Notes: generated from the letters alone by a model not told the origin. A stretch of DNA of 64,000 nt from Polyangiaceae bacterium (GCA_965222375.1 CBDCTZ010000005.1:544001-608000), one strand, 5' to 3'; shown: positions 1 to 10,105, numbered from the stretch's first letter. Numbers and translations are program-made.

Positions 1-245
1 GGTTCGGCAGTTCGAGCAGCCAGCACCATGCCGTAGGCTGCGGCGATTCCGATCGCCGGTGCGCCCCGCACGACCATCTCCGTGATGGCTCGAGCCATTT
101 CGTCCGCCGTGCGAATGCGAACGTACCTTTCCGTATCGGGCAATTCTCGCTGCTCCAGAAGCACGGCCTCGGCGTCATCGGGAAGCAGCTCGACAGCGGA
201 GTATTCGGCACGGGATAGCGGGTCCGGATGGGGGATCTTGCTCAT
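1..245 (-). CDS. mtnA: S-methyl-5-thioribose-1-phosphate isomerase, N-terminal part (runs off window start)
   Basis: Manual translation from ATG 245: [10 protein letters not shown]...LLEQRELP...[21 protein letters not shown], containing the MtnA/eIF2B-alpha VRGAPAIG motif; absent from the ORF track. Confidence 0.9.
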   Translation of the reverse strand, partial: MSKIPHPDPLSRAEYSAVELLPDDAEAVLLEQRELPDTERYVRIRTADEMARAITEMVVRGAPAIGIAAAYGMVLAARTAE

Positions 246-329
246 CGTCGAGGCCAGCCTGGCCCAGCCGCATCCGCCTTGGCAAGACACGCGTGGAACG
301 TCTGCCACAAATCGCGCTAGGCTTGGCGC

Positions 330-734
330 ATGGCCCAACGACTACTCCCGTGTCCGAGCTGCAGCCGCCACGTGCGTCTTGCCGAAGCAGCATGCCCCTT
401 CTGCGCTCATTCCGTCCAGTTCGACCACATCCCACCGGCAGTCAGTGTTGCCCAGACTGCGCGGCTATCACGAACTGCGCGAGTCGCCCTGGGCGCAGCC
501 CTGGCAGCGACCGTCCCTGCCTGCGGCGGTTCCGCCACACCTCCGGACTCGCCCCAGCCAGCACCGACAACGACAGCACCACCGGACGACGACGGCGCCC
601 CGGCCGCAGAGTATGGAGCGCCCATGCCGCCGGACGATCCCGGCGCAATCGCGCCCATGTACGGAGAACCCGCCCCACCTCCGGACGATGACGGTGCGGG
701 CGCGCCCGAGTACGGCGCGCCACCCGAGCACTGA
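330..734 (+). CDS. Zn-ribbon-containing putative lipoprotein with three acidic PDD..YGxP repeats
   Basis: CPSC-x(10)-CPFC at the N-terminus, hydrophobic stretch ending VPAC-GG, then EYGAP / MYGEP / EYGAP repeats. Confidence 0.7.
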   Translation: MAQRLLPCPSCSRHVRLAEAACPFCAHSVQFDHIPPAVSVAQTARLSRTARVALGAALAATVPACGGSATPPDSPQPAPTTTAPPDDDGAPAAEYGAPMPPDDPGAIAPMYGEPAPPPDDDGAGAPEYGAPPEH

Positions 735-765
735 GCGCATCTACCCGACGGCTGCGCTCGGGGAA

Positions 766-2199
766 CTAGCCGGTACCGATGAGCCTCGTAAGGAGCTGAC
801 TCACTACGCGGGGATCCGCCGACCCGCCCGTCTCCCTCATGACTTGCCCGACAAAGAACCCGAGCATTCCTTTCTTGCCGCCACGAACCTGCTCGGCTTG
901 CGCCGGATGTGCTGCTATCAGCTGCTCGCAGATCGGCTTCAGATCCGCCTCGCTGGAGACCACTTTGAGACCGCGTTCGTCGACGATCTCCTTGGGGCTC
1001 CGGTCCGTGCCTTCCATCGCGGCGAAGACCTCCTTTGCCTGCTTGCCACTGATCGCGCCCTCGTCGACGAGTTTGAGCAGCCCAGCGAGCTGAGCCGCAG
1101 TCACAGAGAAGCGCGCCTGGGCGCCGTGAATCTCCGCGTTCTTCAGAACCTCGGTACCGACCCAATTCGCCAGCTTGACTGGCTCAGCACCCGCCGCCCG
1201 GGCCGTTTCGAATAGCTCCACGGTTTTGGGGTGCTGGGTTAGCACCCGAGCCGCCTGGGCACTGAGCCCTAGCTCTTCTTCGTAGCGCTTACGTCGAGCC
1301 AACGGCAGTTCGCCTACGCGCGCGCGTTCTTCTTGAATTGTGTGCTCGCCGATGCACAGAGGCCGCAGGTCCGGGTCCGGGAAGTAGCGATAGTCGTGAG
1401 CGTCCTCTTTCGAGCGCAGGCTGCGAGTGACGTTTGCGTCGGGGTCGAAGCTTCGGGTTTCTTGGATCACCTTCTTGCCCGCGTCCAGCACCGCCGTCTG
1501 GCGGTTGATTTCCAGATCGATGGCGCGAGCCAGAAAGCGAAAGCTATTGAGGTTTTTCAATTCTGCGCGAGTGCCCAAGGTTTCGGTCCCTACCGGCCGC
1601 AAGCTGACATTGGCATCACAGCGCAAACTGCCCTGCTCTAGGTTGCCATCGTTCACTCCGAGAAACACCAATATGTCGCGAATCGCTCGCATGTAGGCAG
1701 CCGCCTCGGCAGCGGAACTGATTTCTGGTTCGCTAACGATTTCGATCAGTGGCACGCCCGCCCGGTTCAAATCCACGCAGGACACTCCGCCGGTGCCATG
1801 CACGCTCTTGCCGGCGTCCTCCTCCATATGCACTCGCGTGATGGCAATCCGCTTCTTGTCGCCATCGACGTCGATGTCGACGAACCCGCGGTTGGAAAAT
1901 GGCTGAGCATACTGGCTTATCTGGTAGCCCTTGGGCAGATCCGGGTAAAAGTAGTTCTTGCGTGCGAACACGCTGGTCTCAGAAATCTCACAGCCAAGAG
2001 CCAGTGCCGCCCGGACGGCCATCGCGACTGCCGCGCCGTTGAGGACTGGAAGCGCGCCGGGCAGACCCAGACAAACTGGACACACGTTGACGTTGGGTGG
2101 CCGCCCGTAGGCGGCTGAGCAACCGCAGAACAACTTCGACTGGGTCGCGAGCTGCGCGTGAATCTCCAGCCCAATCGTCGGCGTGTAGGTCGCAGCCAT
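766..2199 (-). CDS. gatB: Asp-tRNA(Asn)/Glu-tRNA(Gln) amidotransferase subunit B
   Basis: IGLEIHAQL, RKNYFYPDLPKGYQISQY, HMEEDAGKS, DLNRAGVPLIEIVSEP, DYRYFPDPDL, FFVGQVM. Confidence 0.97.
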   Translation of the reverse strand: MAATYTPTIGLEIHAQLATQSKLFCGCSAAYGRPPNVNVCPVCLGLPGALPVLNGAAVAMAVRAALALGCEISETSVFARKNYFYPDLPKGYQISQYAQPFSNRGFVDIDVDGDKKRIAITRVHMEEDAGKSVHGTGGVSCVDLNRAGVPLIEIVSEPEISSAAEAAAYMRAIRDILVFLGVNDGNLEQGSLRCDANVSLRPVGTETLGTRAELKNLNSFRFLARAIDLEINRQTAVLDAGKKVIQETRSFDPDANVTRSLRSKEDAHDYRYFPDPDLRPLCIGEHTIQEERARVGELPLARRKRYEEELGLSAQAARVLTQHPKTVELFETARAAGAEPVKLANWVGTEVLKNAEIHGAQARFSVTAAQLAGLLKLVDEGAISGKQAKEVFAAMEGTDRSPKEIVDERGLKVVSSEADLKPICEQLIAAHPAQAEQVRGGKKGMLGFFVGQVMRETGGSADPRVVSQLLTRLIGTG

Positions 2200-2229
2200 G
2201 GATTGAGCGCCCACCCGGAGTCGCGCAGA

Positions 2230-2892
2230 CTAGTGGTGCTTGTCCCGGTCCACACCGGGGTGCGTGGACTCGCCGGGCTCATGGCGGGGGTTCTGCGTCA
2301 GCTGGGTTCCATCCCGTCCCTTGAAGGACATCAGAATGTCCTTCTCGTAGATGAACTGATCCCGTGAGTCGTAGGCCGTCGCGTGAATGCCCGTGTCCAT
2401 TCGAATTGCATCGCAGGGACATGCCTCGACGCAAAACCCACAGAACACACAACGCAGCTCATCGATGACGAAGCGCTTGGGGAATCGCTCGTAGCCCCGC
2501 CTGGGATCGCCCTCCGCGTACTCTCCAGCGTCGATGTGGATGCACTGGGCTGGACAGGCCGTGGAACAGCAAAGGCAGGCCACGCAGCGCGGGGAGCCAT
2601 CCTCACGGTGGGTTAGGCGGTGCAAGCCCCGGAAGCGTGACGGATAGGGCCGTCGCTGCTCCGGGTAGGAGATGCAATTGATGCCATCCTCGACACCTTC
2701 GAGAACGGGATCATTGCGTTGGGACAGAGCCATCTCCTTCGTGTTCTTGAAGAAGTGCTGCATGGTGAGCCCTAGCCCCTTGGTGATCTCCGGCACGTAG
2801 GTCTGTACTCCGGCGGAGCGCACCGGTCGGCTCACGACCTTGCCGGTGACCTTGTTGGGGCCGAGGGCTTGATTCGGAGTGATGCTACTCAT
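2230..2892 (-). CDS. nuoI: NADH-quinone oxidoreductase subunit I
   Basis: YPEQ..RFRGLH; two 4Fe-4S motifs CVACLCCSTACP and CVFCGFCVEACP; position in nuo operon. Confidence 0.95.
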   Translation of the reverse strand: MSSITPNQALGPNKVTGKVVSRPVRSAGVQTYVPEITKGLGLTMQHFFKNTKEMALSQRNDPVLEGVEDGINCISYPEQRRPYPSRFRGLHRLTHREDGSPRCVACLCCSTACPAQCIHIDAGEYAEGDPRRGYERFPKRFVIDELRCVFCGFCVEACPCDAIRMDTGIHATAYDSRDQFIYEKDILMSFKGRDGTQLTQNPRHEPGESTHPGVDRDKHH

Positions 2893-2902
2893 GACTGTTC
2901 CC

Positions 2903-4699
2903 TCACGCGCTCATGCGCGCGGATTTGGTGCCCCCCATCGAGGCCGCAAACTTCTGGGCGCTGCTGACGACCATGCGTTTCTTTTCCGCTGGCGACAGCA
3001 TGAACCGGATGAAGGCCACCATGGCCACGATGCCGACCACTGCAATCACCACCTGCGTGATATCTCCGGCAACCCGCAGGCCGCTCATGACGTTGGTGCT
3101 GGCGGACGCCGCGGCCAAGATGAGCAGACCCGTCACAAGGATGTTGACGAGGGACGCCGGCAAGAGCTTGCGCCAGCCTAGGCGCATCAGCTGATCGTAG
3201 CGGAACCGCGGCAGCGTCCAGCGGATGGTGATCTGCAACCAGCAGAGCAGCACCGTCTTTCCAATGAAAGCGAGCACGCCGAGAATGACCACGGATACGT
3301 GGGTCAGGGATTGCCGGACGATCACGGTATCGCCGATCGCCAAGAAGAGTCCGTCCCGTTCGATGAAGGGGAGATGCCAGCCACCCAGGAATATGGCGGC
3401 CATGAGGGCGCTGGAGGCGACGACGGCCACATACTCCGCGAAGAAGAACATCGCGAACTTCATCCCGGAGTACTCCGTGAAGTACCCAGCCACGATTTCG
3501 CTCTCGCCCTCGGGAATGTCGAAGGGGATTCGCTTGCTCTCCGCGACAGCTGCGGCAAAGAAGAGGAAGAATGCTACGGGCTGAACGAAAATGCCCCATG
3601 CGTTCTCTGCCTGCCAGCGAATCATCTCGTCGATCCGAAGGGTGCCGTAGATCATGATCGCGCCGATGAGCGTCAGGCCCAAGGTGACCTCGTACGACAC
3701 CATTTGACTCGCGGCGCGTAGCCCGCCAAGCAAGCTGTACTTGTTGTCGCTCGCCCAGCCCGCCAGCGCGGCCCCGACGATCCCGGTGCCCGCGAGAGCA
3801 AAAAAGTACAAGATGCCAACGTTGACGTCGACGACCTGGAGAGACACCGCGCCATCCGTGCACACGCCCTCTCGCGGCACCATTCGAGCGATGGACGAGA
3901 AGTCGATCTTTCCCTCTTTGCTGCCGAAACAAAGGGTATCGCCGAAGGGAACGACCGCGAGCACCACCAGGGCCGGGAAGAAGGAGATGAAAGGCGCCAG
4001 ACTGTGCAACAGCCGGTCGGCATTAGGTGGAATGAAGTCCTCCTTGAAGATCGTCTTCACGCCGTCTGCGGCTGGGTGCAGCAGCCCGAACAACCGAAGC
4101 CCCACCCGCGGTTCGCTGAAGCTGGATGCGGCATAGATGCCACCGGCTACGACGGCGAGGGCGAACAAGGCCGGGCTAGCACCATAGGCGAATTCGCGAA
4201 TCGTCACTCCGATGGGCGTGCCGCGCAGCAGCCCGGAAACCAACAGGGCGAGGGCATGGGCGCCTAGTCCGCCGTATACGAAGATGCGCGGGTCCCCAAG
4301 CCAGGCGAAGAAGCGGTCCAGATTTGCGACGACAGCGCCTGCGCTCGACTGAACGCCGCGCGCCCGCACCCGACCGGCGATGGCCAAGCCCGTGAGCCAA
4401 GTTGCTGCAATCGCGAGATGAGTGAACACGACGGCGCGACCCAAGCGTTCGATTCCCTCAGCCTTATTGCTCACGAAGTAGAAGATGACGGCTCCTGCAA
4501 GCATCAGTGCTGGCCCAGCGACGAGAGCTTGCGCCACGCGCTGGGGCAGCCACACCACCGCGCGGTTTGGGCCGACGCGATCCGCAATGACCGCACCCTG
4601 TCGCCGATCCAACCAGGTAAGTACTACCGCCACGTTCATGCCGAACATGACGACGAATGTCGCTTTCAGCACGAATGAGATCAGCAATCCGGTCGTCAT
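2903..4699 (-). CDS. nuoH: NADH-quinone oxidoreductase subunit H (598 aa, with hydrophobic insertion)
   Basis: RVGPNR...GLLHPAADGVK, GWASDNKYSLLGGLRAASQMVSYE, PFDIPEGESEIVAGYFTEYSG, PRFRYDQLM; ATG overlaps the nuoG stop (ATGA). Confidence 0.93.
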   Translation of the reverse strand: MTTGLLISFVLKATFVVMFGMNVAVVLTWLDRRQGAVIADRVGPNRAVVWLPQRVAQALVAGPALMLAGAVIFYFVSNKAEGIERLGRAVVFTHLAIAATWLTGLAIAGRVRARGVQSSAGAVVANLDRFFAWLGDPRIFVYGGLGAHALALLVSGLLRGTPIGVTIREFAYGASPALFALAVVAGGIYAASSFSEPRVGLRLFGLLHPAADGVKTIFKEDFIPPNADRLLHSLAPFISFFPALVVLAVVPFGDTLCFGSKEGKIDFSSIARMVPREGVCTDGAVSLQVVDVNVGILYFFALAGTGIVGAALAGWASDNKYSLLGGLRAASQMVSYEVTLGLTLIGAIMIYGTLRIDEMIRWQAENAWGIFVQPVAFFLFFAAAVAESKRIPFDIPEGESEIVAGYFTEYSGMKFAMFFFAEYVAVVASSALMAAIFLGGWHLPFIERDGLFLAIGDTVIVRQSLTHVSVVILGVLAFIGKTVLLCWLQITIRWTLPRFRYDQLMRLGWRKLLPASLVNILVTGLLILAAASASTNVMSGLRVAGDITQVVIAVVGIVAMVAFIRFMLSPAEKKRMVVSSAQKFAASMGGTKSARMSA

Positions 4700-6303
4700 G
4701 GCGTCGCCTCCACACTGGTCGCGTTGCCCTCGAGAGCCGCGCCTGCATCTGGCGCCATCGCACGCCGCATGTCGGACAACTTGCCAATGACCATCTTGTG
4801 TCCTAGCGCTGCGCCGAGAGCAGCGACGAGCTTCCAAGCGGGTTGACTCTCTCCTTGGGGAAAGAGAGCGCGTTCACTCTCTTGCGCAAGCCCTTTGGCA
4901 TTGACGAAGGTCCCATCGCATTCGGCCCAGCTGGATGCAGGAAGAACGACGGCAGCCGCGCGGGACAGGGGCCCATCGTGAGTCGACAGCGTGACCAACA
5001 CCTTTGCTCTACTCAAAGCGTCCGCCCGGTCCGGATCCGGAAGTGCCGAGCCCAGAGCCACTACATGAGTAATTCGCCCCTCTTCCAGCGACTTCAAGAG
5101 GACCGGCATGCTGAGAGGCGGCGTACTGGTGCACATGGCGGTGACACCGGCAGCGTTGGGGTTCTTGTCGCGATGCCGCAGGATATCGTCCCCTTCCCCA
5201 TCCGGCTTGCCGGTGACGAAGAGGTGGCCCGTGCCCAAGTAGTCCCGAGCGAGAGTCAGCAATGCGAAGTTGTCTTCGTTGCTGTGTTCGGCGCTCAGCA
5301 CCACCCCGATGCTGTCCGCGGGCACTCCCTTCATCAACTTGGCAACACGCTTGAGAGCCGCCGTCATCGATGCGGGTTTTCCGCCGATTTTCGCTTTTAG
5401 CACTCTGCCCTCATGAATGCGGGCGTAGTCCAACATGCCCTCGTCGCACATCCAGTATTGGTTCACATCTGAGTTTTCCCGAGGGCGGTAGCGCTGCACT
5501 TGCTGGGAGCGCGGATCGTAGTCCGTAAAGGAGTTGCAACCCGTTGCGCAGCCGACGCAGACGCTGCGTACGCTGCGCAGGAACCACACCCGCGCTTTGA
5601 AGCGGAAGTCCGTTGCTGTGAGCGCCCCGACTGGACACACGAATTCCGTCATCAGGGTGTACGGGTGATCGAGCTGTCGCCCCGGCGACACGACGATTTC
5701 GTTCAAGTTGCCACGCTCTCGTACGTCCAGGACCGGATCCTTGGCAACTTCATCACTGAAACGGACGCAACGCGTGCACACGATGCAGCGTTCCGCGTCG
5801 TAAACGATGGTGGGGCCGAAGACCTGCGCTTTCGGTTTGTGTATCGGCTCGTCGCGCATGCGCTTTTTCGTGCCCTGATGCTCGAGCCAATAGTCTTGCA
5901 GCCGACACTCACCAGCTTGATCGCAAATCGGGCAATCCACGGGGTGATTCAGAAGCAGAAGCTCCTGGACAGCCGCCCGAGCGTGGCTCACGTGAGGGCT
6001 CGACTCGCTCAGAACCTCCATGCCCTCCGCTGGTCGCATTTGGCAGGCCGGCTGAAGCTTGGGCTTCTTCTGATCGACGTACTCCTGCTTGTCAGCATCC
6101 CACTCCAGGACCGAGAGCATCATCGGAGCCCGACCTGGGGGTGGCTTCACTTCAACCAAGCACATGCGGCAGTTGGCAGCGATGGACAGACCCGGGTGCC
6201 AGCAATAATGCGGAATGTCGACGCCGGCGCGGTGGGCAGCTTCGATGATGGTCTCCCCCGCTTCGAAGGGGATCTCTCTGTCGTCTAGTTTGAAGGTAGG
6301 CAT
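4696..6303 (-). CDS. nuoG: NADH-quinone oxidoreductase subunit G (short form)
   Basis: IPHYCWHPGLSIAANCRMC, HPVDCPICDQAGEC, CIVCTRC..CPVGAL and CVGCATGC Fe-S motifs; molybdopterin-oxidoreductase-like C-terminus. Confidence 0.9.
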   Translation of the reverse strand: MPTFKLDDREIPFEAGETIIEAAHRAGVDIPHYCWHPGLSIAANCRMCLVEVKPPPGRAPMMLSVLEWDADKQEYVDQKKPKLQPACQMRPAEGMEVLSESSPHVSHARAAVQELLLLNHPVDCPICDQAGECRLQDYWLEHQGTKKRMRDEPIHKPKAQVFGPTIVYDAERCIVCTRCVRFSDEVAKDPVLDVRERGNLNEIVVSPGRQLDHPYTLMTEFVCPVGALTATDFRFKARVWFLRSVRSVCVGCATGCNSFTDYDPRSQQVQRYRPRENSDVNQYWMCDEGMLDYARIHEGRVLKAKIGGKPASMTAALKRVAKLMKGVPADSIGVVLSAEHSNEDNFALLTLARDYLGTGHLFVTGKPDGEGDDILRHRDKNPNAAGVTAMCTSTPPLSMPVLLKSLEEGRITHVVALGSALPDPDRADALSRAKVLVTLSTHDGPLSRAAAVVLPASSWAECDGTFVNAKGLAQESERALFPQGESQPAWKLVAALGAALGHKMVIGKLSDMRRAMAPDAGAALEGNATSVEATP

Positions 6304-6324
6304 CGCATTTCCAGGACTACGCGA

Positions 6325-7539
6325 TTAGCGGTCACACTCCCCACCAATCATGTTCAGGGAACCGAAGCAGGGCACCACGTCGGGCATCATGCGGCCGGTG
6401 ATGATCCGCTCGAGACCACTCGTAATGAAGAAGCATGGCGGCCGGATGCGCACGCGCTGAGGCGTGCCGCTGCCGTCACTCACCAGGTAGAATCCGAGTT
6501 CGCCGTTGCCGCCTTCCGTGAAGGAATACACCTCACCGGCGGGGATCTTCAGCCCCTCCATCACGATCTTGAAGTGTTGAATCGTGCCTTCGATGCTGCT
6601 GTACACCTCGTCCTTTGGCGGTAGCACGACGCGCGGATCTTCCACATTCACAGTCCCCTCGTCGGCCATGCGCTCTAGGCACTGCTCGATGATGCGGGCG
6701 CTTTGCTTCATTTCCTCGATTCGAACGATGAAGCGGTCCAGGCAATCACTCTGCTGTCCCACCGGGACGTCAAACTCCACCTCGCCGTACTTCATGTATG
6801 GCGAGGCTTTGCGCACGTCGTAGGGCACTCCAGCGGCCCGCAGGCTCGGTCCCGTCCACCCCAGGCTGACGGCGTCTTCGGCACTGATCACGCCGACGTT
6901 CTCGAGGCGGTCGAGGAAGATCCGGTTGCCCATGAGCAGCCGCTCGACTTCGTCCATCACGCTCAGCACCTGCCTCACCACCGCGCGGGCGTGCTCTTTG
7001 AATCCGTCCGTGGGCGGATGCGCCATGCCACCAACGCGACCAAAACTGTGCGTGAGCCGGGCGCCGCACTCTTCCTCGAATACGTCCCAGATCATTTCCC
7101 GCGCCTTGACCATCCACAGAAAGGGCGTAAAGGCGCCTAGCTCCATCGCCATGGCACCGTCGCAGGTCAGGTGGTCGGCGATCCGAGCGAGCTCACCGAG
7201 CGCCATCCGGTACCACTGACAACGCTCCGGCACCTCGATTCCCAACGCCTTTTCACAGGCCAAGGCAAAGCCGACGTTGTTGAGCATCGGGGAAACGTAG
7301 TTGCAGCGATCCACGTAGGGGAAAACTTGGCTCCAGTTTCCCCGCTCGCACATCTTCTCGAACCCACGGTGCAAGTAACCGACCTGCACGTCACAACGCT
7401 CGATATTTTCCCCGGAAAGCTCCATCACGATGCGCACCGTGCCGTGCATCGCGGGATGCGCCGGCCCGACGTTCAGCAGCATCGGCTCTGCGCTGACTTC
7501 GATCTCGGACGCGTCCAGGTCTTGGTCTAAGGGTTCCAT
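6325..7539 (-). CDS. nuoD: NADH-quinone oxidoreductase subunit D
   Basis: LNVGPAHPAMHG, GYLHRGFEK, GELGFYLVSDG, C-terminal GECDR. Confidence 0.96.
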   Translation of the reverse strand: MEPLDQDLDASEIEVSAEPMLLNVGPAHPAMHGTVRIVMELSGENIERCDVQVGYLHRGFEKMCERGNWSQVFPYVDRCNYVSPMLNNVGFALACEKALGIEVPERCQWYRMALGELARIADHLTCDGAMAMELGAFTPFLWMVKAREMIWDVFEEECGARLTHSFGRVGGMAHPPTDGFKEHARAVVRQVLSVMDEVERLLMGNRIFLDRLENVGVISAEDAVSLGWTGPSLRAAGVPYDVRKASPYMKYGEVEFDVPVGQQSDCLDRFIVRIEEMKQSARIIEQCLERMADEGTVNVEDPRVVLPPKDEVYSSIEGTIQHFKIVMEGLKIPAGEVYSFTEGGNGELGFYLVSDGSGTPQRVRIRPPCFFITSGLERIITGRMMPDVVPCFGSLNMIGGECDR

Positions 7540-7553
7540 TGACTCGATATTCC

Positions 7554-8168
7554 TCAGCGCATCCGTTCCAGATCGGTGGCGACCAACGGCTCGTCGTCAT
7601 CGCCAACCCGGTCGAAGCTCTGGCGTCCAAAGGGCATCCCCTCGTCGGGGCCAAAGGGCGGAAGCTTCTCCAGGCCCGGTTCCTCCCGATAGGGCACCAG
7701 GGGCTGGATCTTGTTGGCGGGGTAGTCTTTGCGCAGCGGGTGACCGACGAACTCCGGGTACATCAAGATGCGTCGCAGGTCCGGGTGACCTGCGAAACGC
7801 ACGCCAAACATGTCGAAAGCCTCGCGCTCAGCCCAATTCGCGGAGCCCCAGAGCTCCGTCAAACTGTCAATCTCCGCGCCGTCGCCCTCTTCGTCCCCTA
7901 CGCGGCTCTTGATGCGCAGGCGGTGCCCTTTCGAGAGGGAGTGCAAATGGGCCACGACCTCGAAACGCGGTTCACGATCCGGGTAGTCGACGCAGGTGAG
8001 GTCGACGAGCATTTCCATGCCTGCTTTGGGGTCGTCACGCAAGAAGCGCGCGACCCGAAGCCAGGCTTTGGGAGCGATCACGGCTGTTTCATCCCCATGT
8101 TGTGCATGGGTCTCCACGACGTCGTCGCAAAATTCCGATTGCAGTAGTTCAAGTAACGCTTTCGCCAT
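7554..8168 (-). CDS. nuoC: NADH-quinone oxidoreductase subunit C
   Basis: ANWAEREAFDMFGVRFAGHPDLRRILM..GHPLRKDYP. Confidence 0.96.
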   Translation of the reverse strand: MAKALLELLQSEFCDDVVETHAQHGDETAVIAPKAWLRVARFLRDDPKAGMEMLVDLTCVDYPDREPRFEVVAHLHSLSKGHRLRIKSRVGDEEGDGAEIDSLTELWGSANWAEREAFDMFGVRFAGHPDLRRILMYPEFVGHPLRKDYPANKIQPLVPYREEPGLEKLPPFGPDEGMPFGRQSFDRVGDDDEPLVATDLERMR

Positions 8169-8185
8169 CGAAAACTCCTCGGCGC

Positions 8186-8776
8186 TCAGACCGGGCCGCC
8201 ATCCTTGCCGCGGCGAAGCGGAACCACACCCAGGTCCGGGTGGGCCACAGGGTCGAAGCGAGGCTTCACCACTGCCGGGCGACGATCACCGCTCTGGATC
8301 TTGTCTTGGAGCAGCATCAACCCGTCGAGCACCGCCTCGGGGCGGGGCGGACAGCCCGGAATGTACACGTCGCAGGGGATGATCTTGTCGATCCCCGCCA
8401 CGCAAGCGTAGTTGTCGTAAAAGCCACCCACGCTGGCGCAGGTCCCGAATGCCAACACCCACTTGGGCCCTGCCATTTGCTCGTAAATGCGCTTCAACAC
8501 CGGTGCCTGGCGCTGCACGATGGTCCCCACTACCCATAGCAAATCGCTCTGCCGGGGCGAAAAGCGTGGCGCCTCGGCACCGAACCGAGCCAGGTCGAAG
8601 CGGGGACCGGTCACCGCCATGAACTCCATCCCGCAGCAAGCGGTGACGAAGGGGTACATAAAAAGGGAGTACTTCTGCGCCCACGCCAGAACGTCTTTGA
8701 CGCGGGTAGTTGCGAATCCTGCGCCCTGCCCGGTTTCGATGATCTCCTGGGTCGTCGGCTGTTTCAGCTCTCCCAC
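8186..8776 (-). CDS. nuoB: NADH-quinone oxidoreductase subunit B
   Basis: TACCGMEF, SPRQSD, FGTCA, DVYIPGCPPRPE; likely GTG start at 8776 overlapping the nuoA end. Confidence 0.95.
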   Translation of the reverse strand: MGELKQPTTQEIIETGQGAGFATTRVKDVLAWAQKYSLFMYPFVTACCGMEFMAVTGPRFDLARFGAEAPRFSPRQSDLLWVVGTIVQRQAPVLKRIYEQMAGPKWVLAFGTCASVGGFYDNYACVAGIDKIIPCDVYIPGCPPRPEAVLDGLMLLQDKIQSGDRRPAVVKPRFDPVAHPDLGVVPLRRGKDGGPV

Positions 8777-9126
8777 TCGAGGGCTCCCTTCTTCCAGCAG
8801 TACGCGAGGGCGACCAGCAGTGCGACGATGAACGCCACCATGGTGGCAAAGCCTGTCCAGCCAAGTCCCTTGAAGAGCGCAGCCCACGGATAGATGAACA
8901 CGACCTCGATGTCGAACACGACGAAGAGAATCGCGGTCAGGTAGAACTTCACGCTCAGCTTCACGCCCCTTGCCCCGGAAGTGTCGTTGCCGCACTCGAA
9001 GGGCATCATCTTCTCGGCACTAGGGTTCTTCGCGGCACCGAGGAACTGACCGCCACCGAACATCACGAGGCATATCGTCCCTGCGATGAGGAACATGATG
9101 AACATGGGCAAGTAGAGTTCGAGCAT
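8764..9126 (-). CDS. nuoA: NADH-quinone oxidoreductase subunit A
   Basis: PFECG, KFYLTAILFVVFDIEVVFIYPWA, KKGALEW. Confidence 0.96.
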   Translation of the reverse strand: MLELYLPMFIMFLIAGTICLVMFGGGQFLGAAKNPSAEKMMPFECGNDTSGARGVKLSVKFYLTAILFVVFDIEVVFIYPWAALFKGLGWTGFATMVAFIVALLVALAYCWKKGALEWES

Positions 9127-9520
9127 TGTCGCCTTGGGCCACCGGCCATTGGGGGTATGGGGCGTTCGGGGCTTTTTCCAAAGCCTCGAATCATTTCAAC
9201 CAGATGGCTGCACACCGCATCTACCACAGGGCCCGGCCCGCTTCCTAGGGGCACAGCACGCCAAGAGCGCGCCAACTTGCTTCGTGATTTCAAGCGCTTG
9301 AGAGCGGCAGCCGGGTGCCGGACCGAATCCCTGCGCCGAAAGCTGCCGCTGCGGGACCTCTCCAGCGCCGATTGCCGGCTTGTCACCCAGCCCTGGAGAC
9401 GCGCGCCAGCTTGGCAGGACCGGCCTTTGGGAGGGCGACCTTGGCCGCCAATTCGCGGGCCTTGCTCGTGGCACGACGGTTGCTCTGCGCGGCTCAGCAA
9501 CCCGAGCCAAGGACTGACTC

Positions 9521-10105
9521 ATGAACGTTCACCTGATCGCACCTCTCATCGCAGCAAGCATTGGCCTCATCCCCGCACCAACCCACGCCCAACCCACGCA
9601 GGGTAATGGCGACGCCGCGGGACCGCGCGGCAAGCGCAACGCAACACACCTCGCTGCGCCGGGCGCCAAGTCGCGACGCAAACCTCCCACGCGAAGACCC
9701 CGAGCGATGCCCCGCCGCGGGCCCCGTCCTCCAGCGCCGCCCCCCCCGGCAAAGGCTGCTCGGTTCCAGACATTGACGGCTGTCAATGTGGTCATTTCTG
9801 ACCAGTCGACTGTTGGAAAGAAACGTAGCCAAAGCTTCTTGTTGCGCCTGGATGGCCGCGGGCGAGCGCGAGTGAAACTCGACGCTGAAACGCGAAGGAT
9901 AGAAGTCAGCGTGCGCCACGGTGGGCCGCCAAGCCGGCCAGGCTTGGTGATCGAAGTCTCGCGTCACGAGCACGGGAGGGGTCGTCCCAGCCGCGCCATG
10001 CACGTCGAAGCCAGCGTGCGCCTGAAAGCTGGCGCCAGCGCGACTGTTGCACGCCTACGTAGTCCCGACGGCACCAGCACCGAGGTCAACGTCCAAGCAC
10101 GTTGA
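9521..10105 (+). CDS. hypothetical secreted protein, Pro/Arg-rich linker and basic beta-rich C-terminal domain
   Basis: Signal-peptide-like N-terminus (..PTHA-Q); GGA RBS-like motif upstream; fills the gap before a convergent gene. Confidence 0.6.
   Translation: MNVHLIAPLIAASIGLIPAPTHAQPTQGNGDAAGPRGKRNATHLAAPGAKSRRKPPTRRPRAMPRRGPRPPAPPPPAKAARFQTLTAVNVVISDQSTVGKKRSQSFLLRLDGRGRARVKLDAETRRIEVSVRHGGPPSRPGLVIEVSRHEHGRGRPSRAMHVEASVRLKAGASATVARLRSPDGTSTEVNVQAR

Noticed and set aside
82..1215. 377-aa plus-strand ORF and the many other long overlapping ORFs (e.g. 2889..3932, 13830..14867, 41732..42850, 55260..56243)
   Set aside because: Shadow or alternate frames of recognisable genes in GC-rich DNA; Arg/Pro/Ala-rich with no motifs
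9127..9520. 394-bp gap upstream of nuoA as a small gene or RNA
   Set aside because: ORFs there lack motifs; consistent with a divergent promoter region
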